From an uncultured bacterium (GTDB lineage: Bacteria; Eisenbacteria; RBG-16-71-46): a stretch of DNA of 64,000 nt. The position numbers and the translations under genes were made by a program. The notes beneath the pieces are model-generated. The model did no database searches. It was not told the DNA's origin and worked only from the letters and a program-made list of their open reading frames with translations. The DNA lies in the NCBI GenBank assembly GCA_964589945.1, contig CAZPVG010000001.1, positions 22,515 to 86,514 on the forward strand. Reading direction: 5' to 3'. Positions 1 to 9,229 of the stretch are shown here, one piece after another. Each line of letters begins with the position of its first letter. Position 1 is the first letter of the stretch.

Positions 1-526
1 ACGCGGCCCGCAGCCGCCCGACGGTGCGGTGCAGCACGGTGCCGACGTTGGACTCGCTGAGTCCCGTCGCTTTCGCGATCGCCCGGTTGGTCAGTCCCGC
101 GCCGTACTTGAGCGCCACCAGCTCGCGCTCGCGGTCCGGCAGCTCCGCGAGCAGCCGGGCGAGCCGCTCGAAGTCCGAGCGCCGCTCGGCCAGCTCCTCG
201 GGAGTGGGTCCCCCGGGCACTCCGGCCGCCTCCTCCAGCGGCGCGTGCGGGCGCCGCTGGCGGAAGTGGTCCACGGCCACGTTGCGCGCGATGGCGAACA
301 GCCAGGTCCCGAAGCCCGCCAGGTCCCGCCGGTACTGGTGCCGGGCCCGCCACGCCTTCTCGAAGGTTCGCGAGGCGAGGTCCTCGGCGACCGCTCCGTC
401 GCCGACCCGGTACCGGAAGAAGTTGTAGACGCGCGGCAGCTGCTCCGCGTACAGCGCGTCCCAGTCCTCCTCGGTCGCCGAGCCCAGGGCCCAGAGCCGC
501 CCGAACACCGCGTCGTGCATGGCCAT
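1..526 (-). CDS. ECF-subfamily RNA polymerase sigma-70 factor (partial; 3' end beyond window start)
   Basis: Reverse-strand translation from ATG at 526 gives MAMHDAVFGRLW...LYAEQLPRVYNFFRYRVGDGAVAEDLASRTFEKAWRARHQY (sigma region 2) and ...DRERELVALKYGAGLTNRAIAKATGLSESNVGTVLHRTVGRLRAA (region 4 HTH). The ORF runs off the window edge in this frame. Confidence 0.75.
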   Translation of the reverse strand, partial: MAMHDAVFGRLWALGSATEEDWDALYAEQLPRVYNFFRYRVGDGAVAEDLASRTFEKAWRARHQYRRDLAGFGTWLFAIARNVAVDHFRQRRPHAPLEEAAGVPGGPTPEELAERRSDFERLARLLAELPDRERELVALKYGAGLTNRAIAKATGLSESNVGTVLHRTVGRLRAA

Positions 527-832
527 GCGAGAGATGATACGGGCCAGCCCGGCACCTATCACGCCCACACCGGATGGCACCCCGAAGCCCCCGAGGTCCG
601 GCCGGGGGGCTGTTTCGCCGCCGGGGCCCCGTCGCTCCCTTCCCCTCCCGAGAGTCCCGTCCCCGCGCTCTCGCCCCAACGGCGAACGAGCCCTTCCCCC
701 GGACCTCGAGTCGTCGCCGGCCGGGCGGATCGCCACGGCAACCCCGCTCGGGGCGGCCGTTTGGCCGCCACCCGGCCTCCGGGCGGGATGTCGCGTATAC
801 TCCGCCGCTGTTTGCTAACGACGGAGCCTCCA

Positions 833-2551
833 GTGACCCGCTTCTACATCACCACGGCCATCGACTACGTGAACGGCAGCCCGCACCTCGGGCATGCCTA
901 CGAGAAGGTGCTTGCCGATGCCATCGCCCGATGGCACCGGCAGCAGGGGCATGCCACGTGGTTCCTGACCGGGACGGACGAGCACGGCCAGAAGATCGTG
1001 AAGGCCGCCGCCGCCGCAGGACAGGACCCGCAGGCGTTCGTGGACGAGGTGTCCCAGCGGTTCGTCGCCGCATGGGCCGCGCTCGACGTGAAGTACGACC
1101 AGTTCTTCCGGACCACCGACCGGCGGCACGAGCTGGCCGTCCAGGAGCTGTTCCGGCGCCTGAACGACGCGCTGAGCCCGAAGACCGGGCAGCCCGTGCT
1201 CTACGAGGAATCGTACGAGGGGCTGTACTGCGAGGGCTGCGAGAGCTTCAAGACCGAGAAGGACCTCGACGAGAAGGGCCTGTGCCCCGAGCACAAGGTG
1301 AAGCCGAAGGAGGTCAAGGAGACCAACTTCTTCTTCCGGCTCTCGGAGTACGACGAGGCGCTGCTCCGGCACCTCGAGGCCCATCCCGATTTCGTGGCGC
1401 CCGACTACCGTCGCAACGAGGTCCTGAACGTCATCAAGGGCGGCCTGCAGGACATCTCCGTCTCGCGCCCCAACCTCACCTGGGGGATCCCTCTGCCGGA
1501 TGAGATCGAGGGCGGCGAGGGACACGTCGCCTACGTCTGGGCGGACGCCCTGCTCAACTACCTGTCGGCGCTCGGCTGGCCCGAGCGCCGCTCGTCGCTC
1601 TGGTGGCTCGCGAAGGCGCAGGAGAGCGGCGGGCCCGGCGCCGCGCGGCAGGACGAGTTCCAGCACCTCGACGGGCAGGGCAAGCCCGGCGCGGCGTGGG
1701 CGGGCACCAAGGATCCCTACTTCACGAACGCGTTCCACCTGATCGGCAAGGACATCAGCCGCTTCCACTGCGTGCTGTGGCCCGCGCTGCTGCTCGCCGC
1801 CGGCGTGCCGCTGCCGCGGCAGATCTACGTGCACGGGTTCGTCTACGCGAAGGGCGAGAAGCTCGCGAAGGGCACCGGCAACGTGATCGATCCCGTGGCG
1901 CTCGCGCGCGCGCACGGACCCGACACCCTGCGCTTCTTCCTGCTCGACTCGTTCCCGACCGGGCGTGACGGCGAGTTCACCTACGAGCAGTTCGCCGAGC
2001 ACTGCAACACGCACCTCTCGAACAAGTTCGGCAACCTCGCCAGCCGCACCACCACGCTCGTGCACAAGCACTTCGGCGGCCAGGTGCCGGGCGAGTGGGA
2101 CCCGGCGTCCCTCGCGGAGCCCGCCGCGCGCGAGGCGCTCGAAGCGCTCGTCTCGGCGGCCGAGCGGGCCGCGGACGAGGTGCCGAAGGCGTGGGCGGAC
2201 CTGCGGCTCAACGAGGCGCTCGAGGCGGCGTGGACCGTGATCGAGCGCGCGAACGAGTTCACCGACCGCGCGAAGCCCTGGGAAGCCGCGAAGTCGGAGG
2301 CGCGCCGGACGGAGCTGGGCACCGTGCTCTCGGCGCTGCTCGAGACGCTGCGGCTCCTGGCCTTCTGGACGTGGCCGGCGATCCCCGGGCGCTGCGAGGC
2401 GCTGTGGGGCGTGCTCGGCCTGCCGGGGAGCCCGGGCGAGGGACACGTCGGGGAGGCGCGGCCGGCGTTCGGCCCGCAGCCGCCGCGGCCGCTCGGCGAG
2501 CCGAAGATCCTGTTCCCGCGCATCGACCTCCAGCAGGCGGCCGGCGCGTGA
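833..2551 (+). CDS. metG: methionyl-tRNA synthetase (short form, no C-terminal tRNA-binding domain)
   Basis: N-terminus VTRFYITTAIDYVNGSPHLGH (HIGH motif), a CxxC...CPxH zinc knuckle, and a HLIGKDISRFH...KLAKGTGNVIDP (KMSKS-like) region. GTG at 833 follows GGAG at 822-825; an in-frame ATG at 788 is an alternative start. Upstream ORF extension is antisense to the sigma factor. Confidence 0.9.
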   Translation: MTRFYITTAIDYVNGSPHLGHAYEKVLADAIARWHRQQGHATWFLTGTDEHGQKIVKAAAAAGQDPQAFVDEVSQRFVAAWAALDVKYDQFFRTTDRRHELAVQELFRRLNDALSPKTGQPVLYEESYEGLYCEGCESFKTEKDLDEKGLCPEHKVKPKEVKETNFFFRLSEYDEALLRHLEAHPDFVAPDYRRNEVLNVIKGGLQDISVSRPNLTWGIPLPDEIEGGEGHVAYVWADALLNYLSALGWPERRSSLWWLAKAQESGGPGAARQDEFQHLDGQGKPGAAWAGTKDPYFTNAFHLIGKDISRFHCVLWPALLLAAGVPLPRQIYVHGFVYAKGEKLAKGTGNVIDPVALARAHGPDTLRFFLLDSFPTGRDGEFTYEQFAEHCNTHLSNKFGNLASRTTTLVHKHFGGQVPGEWDPASLAEPAAREALEALVSAAERAADEVPKAWADLRLNEALEAAWTVIERANEFTDRAKPWEAAKSEARRTELGTVLSALLETLRLLAFWTWPAIPGRCEALWGVLGLPGSPGEGHVGEARPAFGPQPPRPLGEPKILFPRIDLQQAAGA

Positions 2552-2600
2552 TCGTGCGCGGCGGGGCGCGGCCGCGCTCTGCGACCGGCGCTCCAGCCCG

Positions 2601-3365
2601 ATGATCGACACCCACTGCCACCTCTGCGACAAGCGCTTCGACAAGGACCGCGCGAGCGTGCTGGACCGCGCGCGCCACGTGGGGGTCACGCATTTCGTCG
2701 AGATCGCCTACGGCCCGGGCCTCTGGGAGAAGGCGTTCGCCTTCGCGGCGGAGCACCCAAACGTCTTCCTGTGCGTCGGCGTCCACCCGAGCGAGTCGGC
2801 GAAGGTGCCGATGGACGCGCTCGCGACGCTCCGCGGACACACCGGGCACGCCCGCGTCGTCGCGATCGGCGAGACGGGCCTGGACTTCTACCGCGATTAC
2901 GCCCCGCGCGAGGACCAGGAACGCTGGTTCCGCGCGCAGCTCGCACTCGCGGACGAGGCCGGCCTGCCGGTGGTGATCCACCAGCGGAGCGCGCTCGAGG
3001 ACGTGCTCGCGATCCTCGAGGAGGCGCGCCCGAAGGCGGGAGGCGTGCTCCACTGCTTCGACCAGGACGCCGCGACCGTCGAGCGCGCCCGAGCGCTCGG
3101 CTTCAAGCTCGGCCTGGGCGGCGTACTCACCTACGGCCACGCGGAGCTGGACGAGGCCGTACGCACGGCGCCCGAGGACATGCTGATGCTCGAGACCGAC
3201 GCGCCCTACCTCGAGCCCGAGCCGCGCTCGCTGAGGCGCAACGAGCCCTCGCTGCTCACGCGCGTCGCCGCCCGGCTCTGCGAGCTGCGCGGCTGGACGC
3301 CCGCGCGGGCGGTCGAGATCACCCGCCGCAACGCCCGCGAGCTGTTCCGCCTGCCGATCGGGTGA
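2601..3365 (+). CDS. TatD-family metal-dependent hydrolase/DNase
   Basis: MIDTHCHLCDKRFDKDR...LCVGVHP...IGETGLDFY...VVIHQR...LHCF are the characteristic TatD motifs. It sits directly downstream of metG, the classical metG-tatD synteny. Confidence 0.85.
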   Translation: MIDTHCHLCDKRFDKDRASVLDRARHVGVTHFVEIAYGPGLWEKAFAFAAEHPNVFLCVGVHPSESAKVPMDALATLRGHTGHARVVAIGETGLDFYRDYAPREDQERWFRAQLALADEAGLPVVIHQRSALEDVLAILEEARPKAGGVLHCFDQDAATVERARALGFKLGLGGVLTYGHAELDEAVRTAPEDMLMLETDAPYLEPEPRSLRRNEPSLLTRVAARLCELRGWTPARAVEITRRNARELFRLPIG

Positions 3366-3432
3366 GGGGCCGGCCGGCGGCGCCGGGCGCCGCACTCAAG
3401 CCTCGCGCCGCCGGGCCGAAAACAGGAAGGCC

Positions 3433-4503
3433 ATGAACGTGCCCGATCTCGGCCACCCCTTCGGCACGGCCCTCGCCGTCGCGCTGGTCGCCGCCGCCAT
3501 CTTCGCGCTGTTCCTGATCGCTCGCGCGGTCCACCGCAACGCGGCGCGGGAGCAGAGGAGCCGGGCCGCGGAGCTGTTCCGGCTGCTCTCCGGCCGGCTG
3601 GCGGGCAACGTCCCGGTCCGCGAGCTGCGCGAGGCCGCGCGCGACTCGCAGAGCGAGCCGTTCTGGGGCGCGATCGAGGCGATCACGACGACCCTCCGGC
3701 CGCGCGAGCGCCGTGCGCTGGCGCACGCGCTCGAGCGCAGCCGCCACCTGGTCGTCGAGCGCGAGGTGCTGCGCCGCGACGACGCGCCGGCGCGGCGCGA
3801 GCTGGCGGCGAGGCGCCTGGGCATGCTGCCGGCCCGCCGCTCCCGCCGCCTGCTGCGGCGCGTGCTGGTGGCGGGACCCGAGCCGCTGCGCTTCGTCGCG
3901 GCCCGCTCGCTCGCGGCGCACCGGGACGTCGCCTCGCTGGGCTGGCTGCTCTCGCACCCCGAGTCGCTCGCGAGCCGCCCCGTGCGCGCGCTCTCGGGCC
4001 TCTTCCGCGCCTGGGGCCCGCGCGGCCGGGCGCTGCTGCTCGCCGCGCTCGAGCGCGGCGGCCTGCCGTCGCCGGTCGAGGCGGCGCTGCTCGACGCGCT
4101 GGGGGTCACGCGCTGCCTGTCGGCGCGCGGCGCGATCGAGGCGCGCCTGCACAGCGAGCGCGTGGACACGCGCGTCGCGGCGGCCCGCGCCCTGGGCCGG
4201 CTGGGCATGGGCGAGTCCATCCCGGGCCTGATGCTCGCGCTGGCCGACGACGCGTGGCCGGTGCGCGCGCAGGCGGCGAGCGCGCTTGGCCGGCTGCGCG
4301 CGGCGCCCGCGGTGGAGGCGCTCACGCAGCGCGTGACGGACCGCGCCTGGTGGGTCCGCCACCACGCCGCGTACGCGCTCGCCCTGCTGGGCGCGGAGGG
4401 CCGCGACGCCCTCTGCGAGCTGATCGCCCGCTCGCCCGACCCCTACGCCCGCGAGATGGCCCGCGAAGCCCTCGACCACGGCGGCGAGCGGCGGTCGGCC
4501 TGA
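3433..4503 (+). CDS. HEAT/PBS-lyase-like repeat protein with N-terminal TM helix
   Basis: ATG at 3433 is preceded by AGGAAGG. N-terminal hydrophobic helix (LAVALVAAAIFALFLIA), then repeated ...AARALGRLG.../...AASALGRLRAAPAVEAL...VRHHAAYALALLG HEAT-like repeats. Confidence 0.6.
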   Translation: MNVPDLGHPFGTALAVALVAAAIFALFLIARAVHRNAAREQRSRAAELFRLLSGRLAGNVPVRELREAARDSQSEPFWGAIEAITTTLRPRERRALAHALERSRHLVVEREVLRRDDAPARRELAARRLGMLPARRSRRLLRRVLVAGPEPLRFVAARSLAAHRDVASLGWLLSHPESLASRPVRALSGLFRAWGPRGRALLLAALERGGLPSPVEAALLDALGVTRCLSARGAIEARLHSERVDTRVAAARALGRLGMGESIPGLMLALADDAWPVRAQAASALGRLRAAPAVEALTQRVTDRAWWVRHHAAYALALLGAEGRDALCELIARSPDPYAREMAREALDHGGERRSA

Positions 4504-4576
4504 CCGCACGCCCTCGGCACGACCGGTCCGGACTCCCGGGTTTCGCGCGGCGCCATCACCCGCCTACACTGCGCCA

Positions 4577-5491
4577 ATGAACAGGCGATCGGGGCTCGGG
4601 CAGCGGCATTCGAAGGCTTCGGAGTACATCCGGGAGAAGGCGGCGGCGGAGGGCAGCGAGGCGAGGCGCGTGAAGGAGGCGCTCGCGGCGCGCGGGCTCT
4701 CTCCGCGCAAGCGCTTCGGGCAGAACTTCCTCGTGCGCGAGGAGCTCGCCGAGCGGATCGTCGAGCACTGCCGGCTCCGGGACGACGACGTCGTCGTCGA
4801 GATCGGCCCCGGCGCCGGGGCGCTCACCCCCCGGCTCGCGCAGCGCGCGCGGGCGCTGATCGCCGTGGAGAAGGACGCCGGGCTGGCCGCGTTCCTGCGC
4901 GAGGACCTCGAGGGCTGGGCGCGCTTCGAGCTGGTCGAGGGCGATTTCCTCGAGTTCGACCTCGCCGCGGCGGCCGCGAAGCACGGTGTCGAGAAGCTGA
5001 TCGTCGTGGGGAACATCCCCTACAACGTCACGACGCCCATCCTCGAGCGCGTGTTCGAGCAGCGGAGCGTCGTGCGGACCGCCGTCCTGCTCGTGCAGAA
5101 GGAGTACGCCGAGCGCCTGGCCGCCGCCGCCGGCAGCCCCCAGTACGGCTCGCTCACGCTGTTCGCCCGCTACCACGCGCTGCTCGAGCCGCTCATGAAC
5201 ATCCGCGCGCCGGCGTTCTGGCCGCGGCCCGACGTGGACTCGATGCTGGTCCGCGCGCACCTGCGCGAATCGCCGCCCGTCGAGGCGCCGGAGGCGTTGC
5301 TCTTCCGGATCATCCGGGGCGCGTTCCAGCAGCGGCGCAAGCAGCTCGCGAACACGCTCGAGAGCTCGCTCGGCCTGGGCCGCGACGGGGTCGAGCGGCT
5401 GGGCGCCGTCGCCGGCATCGACCTGCGCCGGCGCGGCGAGACGCTCACGCTGGAGGAGTTCGCGCGCCTCGCGCGCGCGGCCGAGGGCTGA
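4577..5491 (+). CDS. rsmA: 16S rRNA (adenine1518/1519-N6)-dimethyltransferase
   Basis: Hallmark KRFGQNFL motif, then VVEIGPGAGALT SAM-binding motif and NIPYNVTTPIL. An in-frame GTG at 4670 preceded by GGAGG is an alternative shorter start. Confidence 0.85.
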   Translation: MNRRSGLGQRHSKASEYIREKAAAEGSEARRVKEALAARGLSPRKRFGQNFLVREELAERIVEHCRLRDDDVVVEIGPGAGALTPRLAQRARALIAVEKDAGLAAFLREDLEGWARFELVEGDFLEFDLAAAAAKHGVEKLIVVGNIPYNVTTPILERVFEQRSVVRTAVLLVQKEYAERLAAAAGSPQYGSLTLFARYHALLEPLMNIRAPAFWPRPDVDSMLVRAHLRESPPVEAPEALLFRIIRGAFQQRRKQLANTLESSLGLGRDGVERLGAVAGIDLRRRGETLTLEEFARLARAAEG

Positions 5492-5511
5492 GCGGCTCCG
5501 GCCGGCCGCTC
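5490..5511 (+). terminator. GC-rich hairpin between convergent rsmA and phosphoesterase genes (candidate bidirectional terminator)
   Basis: GAGCGGC-tccggccg-GCCGCTC inverted repeat immediately after the rsmA stop and before the minus-strand stop at 5510. There is no U-tract. Confidence 0.3.
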
Positions 5512-6544
5512 AGGGCTTCGAGGCCGCGGCTTCCGTCGAGTCCCGGGGGGCCCGGCCCGGGCGGGCGCGCCGGGCCTTCACGTCCGGCCGAGCTTCCCAC
5601 GCCCCCACCATCCGGCCCATCGCGGGCTCGTCACGGACGTCCGGCCCGAGCATGACCACCTCGCTGTCCCGCGACTCGATCCTGCCCGAGGCGTCGAGGT
5701 CCAGCTTCGTGACCCCGGCGAACTGCCCCTCCTCGCCGCCGAAAACGACCGTGGTGTGGTCCAGCAGCCGACTGCGCTGCATGAGCGGCACGTTGCGCCC
5801 CGCGATGGCCACGTCGATGCCCGGCACCGCGAGCACGAGGCTCTCGGTGTCCATCTTGCCGAGCGAGGAGAGCAGCACGATCACCTGCGCGCCGCGCTTG
5901 CGCATCTCCGTCACCGCGCTGCGGGCGGCCTCGGTCGGGTCGCTCACCTCGAGCGTGTCGGCCGCGGAGCCGAGCTGCGCCCGGGGCGAGATCAGGCCGA
6001 AGACGCCGACCTTGTACGGGCCCACCGGGCGGACGAAGAAGGGCTGGGCGAGCGTCCGGTGCGGCGCGCGGCGCCAGAGATTCGCGCACACGAGCGGCAG
6101 CGGGTACTCGTTCATCGTCGCCTCGAGGAACCCGAGGCCGAACAGGAACTCCTGGTCGCTCAGGCCCACCGCGTCGAGGCGCATCGCGTGCATGGCCTTG
6201 GTCACGAACGGCGCGTCGTCGCGCTCCGACGGGCCCGCGGGGAAGAAGCCGCCCGTGTCCACGACGAGCAGGTTCGGGTAGATCTTCCGCAGGCTGTCGT
6301 CGAACGCCGCGCGGCGGGCGAGGCCGCCCTTGGGGATGTGGCAGCCGCACGGGACCGTCTTGGCGTGCACGTCGCTCGTCGAGACGATGACGAGCGGGCT
6401 CGCCCCGGCGCCGGCGGCGGGCCCCGCGGCCCGGGCGGGCGCGGGCGCCGCGAGCGCGATCGCCGCGGCGGCCGCGAGCACGGCGGGAACGGTCCGGCGC
6501 CACGCGGCAGCCGGGGACATCGGGGCCAGCCTGGGGAACGGCAT
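5510..6544 (-). CDS. secreted calcineurin-like metallophosphoesterase / 5'-nucleotidase-family protein
   Basis: Start ATG at 6544 has AAGGAG 7 nt upstream. Signal peptide MPFPRLAPMSPAAAWRRTVPAVLAAAAAIALAAPAPARA. IVSTSDVHAKT...KGGLARRAAF...NLLVVDTGGFF matches the N-terminal motifs of 5'-nucleotidase/UshA-type phosphoesterases. Confidence 0.6.
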   Translation of the reverse strand: MPFPRLAPMSPAAAWRRTVPAVLAAAAAIALAAPAPARAAGPAAGAGASPLVIVSTSDVHAKTVPCGCHIPKGGLARRAAFDDSLRKIYPNLLVVDTGGFFPAGPSERDDAPFVTKAMHAMRLDAVGLSDQEFLFGLGFLEATMNEYPLPLVCANLWRRAPHRTLAQPFFVRPVGPYKVGVFGLISPRAQLGSAADTLEVSDPTEAARSAVTEMRKRGAQVIVLLSSLGKMDTESLVLAVPGIDVAIAGRNVPLMQRSRLLDHTTVVFGGEEGQFAGVTKLDLDASGRIESRDSEVVMLGPDVRDEPAMGRMVGAWEARPDVKARRARPGRAPRDSTEAAASKP

Positions 6545-6695
6545 GGAAGCGCTCCTTCGTTTCGCGGGCACGGCGGGTGGAGGGGATACCGACCGGCAAT
6601 TCTCCCGTGGCGCGCGGCGACCCTTCAAGGCCGGAACGCCCCGGGAACGTCAGGGGCTCGCAAGAACTGCGTGGGGCCCGGGCCGGAACGCGACG

Positions 6696-6725
6696 CACCC
6701 CGCGGGCGGTGCCGCCCGCGGGGTG
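6696..6725 (-). terminator. GC-rich stem-loop downstream of response-regulator gene
   Basis: CACCCCGCGGGCGG-tg-CCGCCCGCGGGGTG near-perfect inverted repeat, about 25 nt past the stop of the minus-strand HK-RR operon. Confidence 0.35.
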
Positions 6726-6750
6726 CCGATACGACTCGACGCGGGGCGCC

Positions 6751-7446
6751 TCAGGGCTCGACGAACTTGTAGCCGACCTTGTGCACCGCGACGATGAACG
6801 GCTTCTCGAAGCCCTCGCCGAGCTTGCTGCGCAGGTTCGAGACGTGCGTGTCCACCGTGCGCGTGGTGACGCCGAGCTCCTCGTCCACGCCCCAGATCTC
6901 CTCGAGCAGCTCCTCGCGGCTCACGGTGCGGCCGCGGTGCTCGATGAGGTACTTGAGCAGCTCGAACTCCTTGAACGAGAGCGCGACCTGCTTGGTGGCC
7001 TTGTACACCTCGCGCGGCTCGAATCGCACCTCGACGTCGCCGAAGGTGTACGTGGTCGTGGCGGGCGTGCCCGTGTTCATCGGGCCGCGCGCCACCAGGC
7101 GCTTCACCCGCGCCATGAGCTCCTTGATGCTGAACGGCTTCGTCACGTAGTCGTCCGCGCCCAGGTCGAAGCCCTTGAGCACGTCCGCCTCGAAGTTGCG
7201 CGCGGTCATCACGAGCACCGGAATGTCGCGATGACGCTGCCGCAGCTCCTTGAGCACGGTGAAGCCGTCCTTCTCGGGAAGCATGATGTCGAGCAGCACG
7301 GCATCGGGCTTCTGCTTGAGGGCGAGGCGAAGGCCTTCCTGCCCGTTCTTGGCCGTGAGGACGTCGTAGCCGTCGTAACGGAAGTTGTGAGCCAGGCCGT
7401 CGAGCAGCCCCTCTTCGTCCTCGACGATGAGGATCTTCTTCTGCAT
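6751..7446 (-). CDS. OmpR-family two-component response regulator
   Basis: MQKKILIVEDEEGLLDGL...LLDIMLPEKDGF...DDYVTKPFSIKEL receiver domain plus winged-helix trans_reg_C (REELLEEIWG...VDTHVSNLRSKLG...VGYKF). GAAGGG Shine-Dalgarno before ATG at 7446. Confidence 0.9.
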   Translation of the reverse strand: MQKKILIVEDEEGLLDGLAHNFRYDGYDVLTAKNGQEGLRLALKQKPDAVLLDIMLPEKDGFTVLKELRQRHRDIPVLVMTARNFEADVLKGFDLGADDYVTKPFSIKELMARVKRLVARGPMNTGTPATTTYTFGDVEVRFEPREVYKATKQVALSFKEFELLKYLIEHRGRTVSREELLEEIWGVDEELGVTTRTVDTHVSNLRSKLGEGFEKPFIVAVHKVGYKFVEP

Positions 7447-7490
7447 TCGTATCCCTTCCCGGGGCTCGCGGCCCCCTTCGGTCCCGCGGG

Positions 7491-9071
7491 TCAGGCGGCT
7501 GGGGATCCGCCCTGCGACTCCTGCGGGGAGCCGTGGCCGCCCCGCCAGGTCGGGATCAGCATGGTGAAGATGCTGCCCTCGCCGGGGGTGCTGGCCACTT
7601 CGACGCGGCCATGATGCGCGCGGACGATCTGATCTACAAGGGAAAGCCCGAGGCCCGCCCCCTTCACCGTGTGCACCAGCCCTGTTTCGACGCGGACGAA
7701 CTTGTCGAAGATTCGCCCCAGGTCCTCGGCGGCGATTCCGATGCCCCGATCACTCACCGCGATGCTGACCATGCCGTCACGCTCGCGGGCCACGACCTTG
7801 ATCTCCTTGCGATCTCTTGAATACTTCACGGCGTTGTCCAGCAGGTTGAGGAGGCAGTGCTGGAGGGCGATGGCGTCGGCGTGGACCCGGGGCAGGCCCT
7901 GCGGGATGTCGAGGTGCCACTGGAAGCCCTCGTCCTCGAGCCGCAGCCGGTAGCTCTCGAACACGTTGCTGACGAGCTCCTCGACCGACACGGACGTCAG
8001 CCGGACCGGCTTCTGGCCGGACTCGAGGCGGGAGAAGTCGAGGATGTTGTCCACGAGCTGCGTGAGCCGGTCCGACTCCTTGAGGATCGTGCGGAGGTAC
8101 TTCTCCTCCTCCCCGGGGTTCCGGAACCGCCCCATCTCGAGCGTCTCGACGGCGAGGCGGATGACCGCGATCGGCGTCTTGAGCTCGTGGGTGACGTTCG
8201 AGACGAAGCTGGACTTCACCTGCACGAGCTCGATCTGCCGCACGATGTAGCGCACGCCGACCCAGGTCGCGCCGAGCAGCACCGCGGTCATGACTCCGAC
8301 GAACAGCATGAGCGCGAACAGGAAGCGCTGCGCGTCGGACGCCGGCGAGCTGGCGGTCGAGGTCACCCGCACGAGGTAGTGATCGAACGGCCCGGTGAGG
8401 TCGGCGCTGCGCGCGCTCGACGAGGGTCCGGGCTCGCGCACGCGCGCGACCTCGTGACCTTCGTCGTCGAACACCTGGACGCACAGGTTGCGCGTGGACT
8501 CGAGGCCGCCGTAGAGGCGGGGGCTCGAGCCGAGCCGGTCGCGCACGACGCTCGCGAGGTTCGTGGCGATGAACGCCCGCGGGTTGAACCACCAGCCGCC
8601 GGCCCCGACGACCTCGCCGTGGCGGCCCTTCAGGACGACGGCCGCGAACGGATGGTCGTGCCGGCCGCTCGGGTCCTCGCCGAAGAGCAGCATGTTCGTC
8701 TCGACCATCATCACGGACAGGTCGTCCATGTTGTCCACGGGGACGTAGTGCGGCGCCTCGAACTGCCGCGAGCGTGTCGCGAGCGCGGCGACGATGGCGG
8801 CCGGACCGCCGCCCGCGCGCGCCACGCCTTCGGCGGGGACGACGGCGTCGCGGAGCTGGAACAGCAGCTCCTGCTCGAACGCCTCGGAGACCTTCGCCGC
8901 GAGGTAGGCGTTGTAGCGCGCCGCGTCGGCCTGCACCTGGCGCACGACCCGCAGCGTGAGCAGCGTCGCCACGAACGAGAGCAGCAGCGCGGGCACGGCG
9001 ACGGCACCCACGAGCAGGGCGAGCTTGCGCTGGCGGGACAGGTTGAAGGGCGGCATGGGTGGGACGTTCAT
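7491..9071 (-). CDS. sensor histidine kinase with large periplasmic sensing domain
   Basis: N-terminal TM helix, about 260-aa periplasmic domain, second TM helix, HisKA (VTHELKTPIAVIRLAVETL) and HATPase_c (GAGLGLSLVDQIVRAHHGRVEV...GEGSIFTMLIP). Start ATG at 9071 (MNVPPMPPF); ATG at 9056 is an alternative. Sits 44 nt upstream of the regulator on the same strand. Confidence 0.85.
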   Translation of the reverse strand: MNVPPMPPFNLSRQRKLALLVGAVAVPALLLSFVATLLTLRVVRQVQADAARYNAYLAAKVSEAFEQELLFQLRDAVVPAEGVARAGGGPAAIVAALATRSRQFEAPHYVPVDNMDDLSVMMVETNMLLFGEDPSGRHDHPFAAVVLKGRHGEVVGAGGWWFNPRAFIATNLASVVRDRLGSSPRLYGGLESTRNLCVQVFDDEGHEVARVREPGPSSSARSADLTGPFDHYLVRVTSTASSPASDAQRFLFALMLFVGVMTAVLLGATWVGVRYIVRQIELVQVKSSFVSNVTHELKTPIAVIRLAVETLEMGRFRNPGEEEKYLRTILKESDRLTQLVDNILDFSRLESGQKPVRLTSVSVEELVSNVFESYRLRLEDEGFQWHLDIPQGLPRVHADAIALQHCLLNLLDNAVKYSRDRKEIKVVARERDGMVSIAVSDRGIGIAAEDLGRIFDKFVRVETGLVHTVKGAGLGLSLVDQIVRAHHGRVEVASTPGEGSIFTMLIPTWRGGHGSPQESQGGSPAA

Positions 9072-9229
9072 GCGCGGCCGAGAGTAGTGGCGTCGCGCGC
9101 GTTGCGCCACGCGGCCGGGCGGCGCCCGCCGCGGGCGGTCCGCCGCGGCGGTGCGCCCCGGGAGAATCACAGCGGCCCGGCCCGCCGAGGCGGACCGGGC
9201 CGGAAACGCGGATCAGGTCAAAGGAGAGG

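Noticed and set aside
519-818. 99-aa Pro/Arg-rich ORF in the sigma-factor/metG divergent spacer
   Set aside because: Low-complexity composition with no Shine-Dalgarno. The region is more plausibly the shared promoter region of the divergent genes.
29-832. 5' extension of the metG ORF back to position 29
   Set aside because: The extension is antisense to the ECF sigma-factor coding sequence and is Arg/Pro-rich. MetRS homology begins at about 833, where a GGAG Shine-Dalgarno precedes the GTG.
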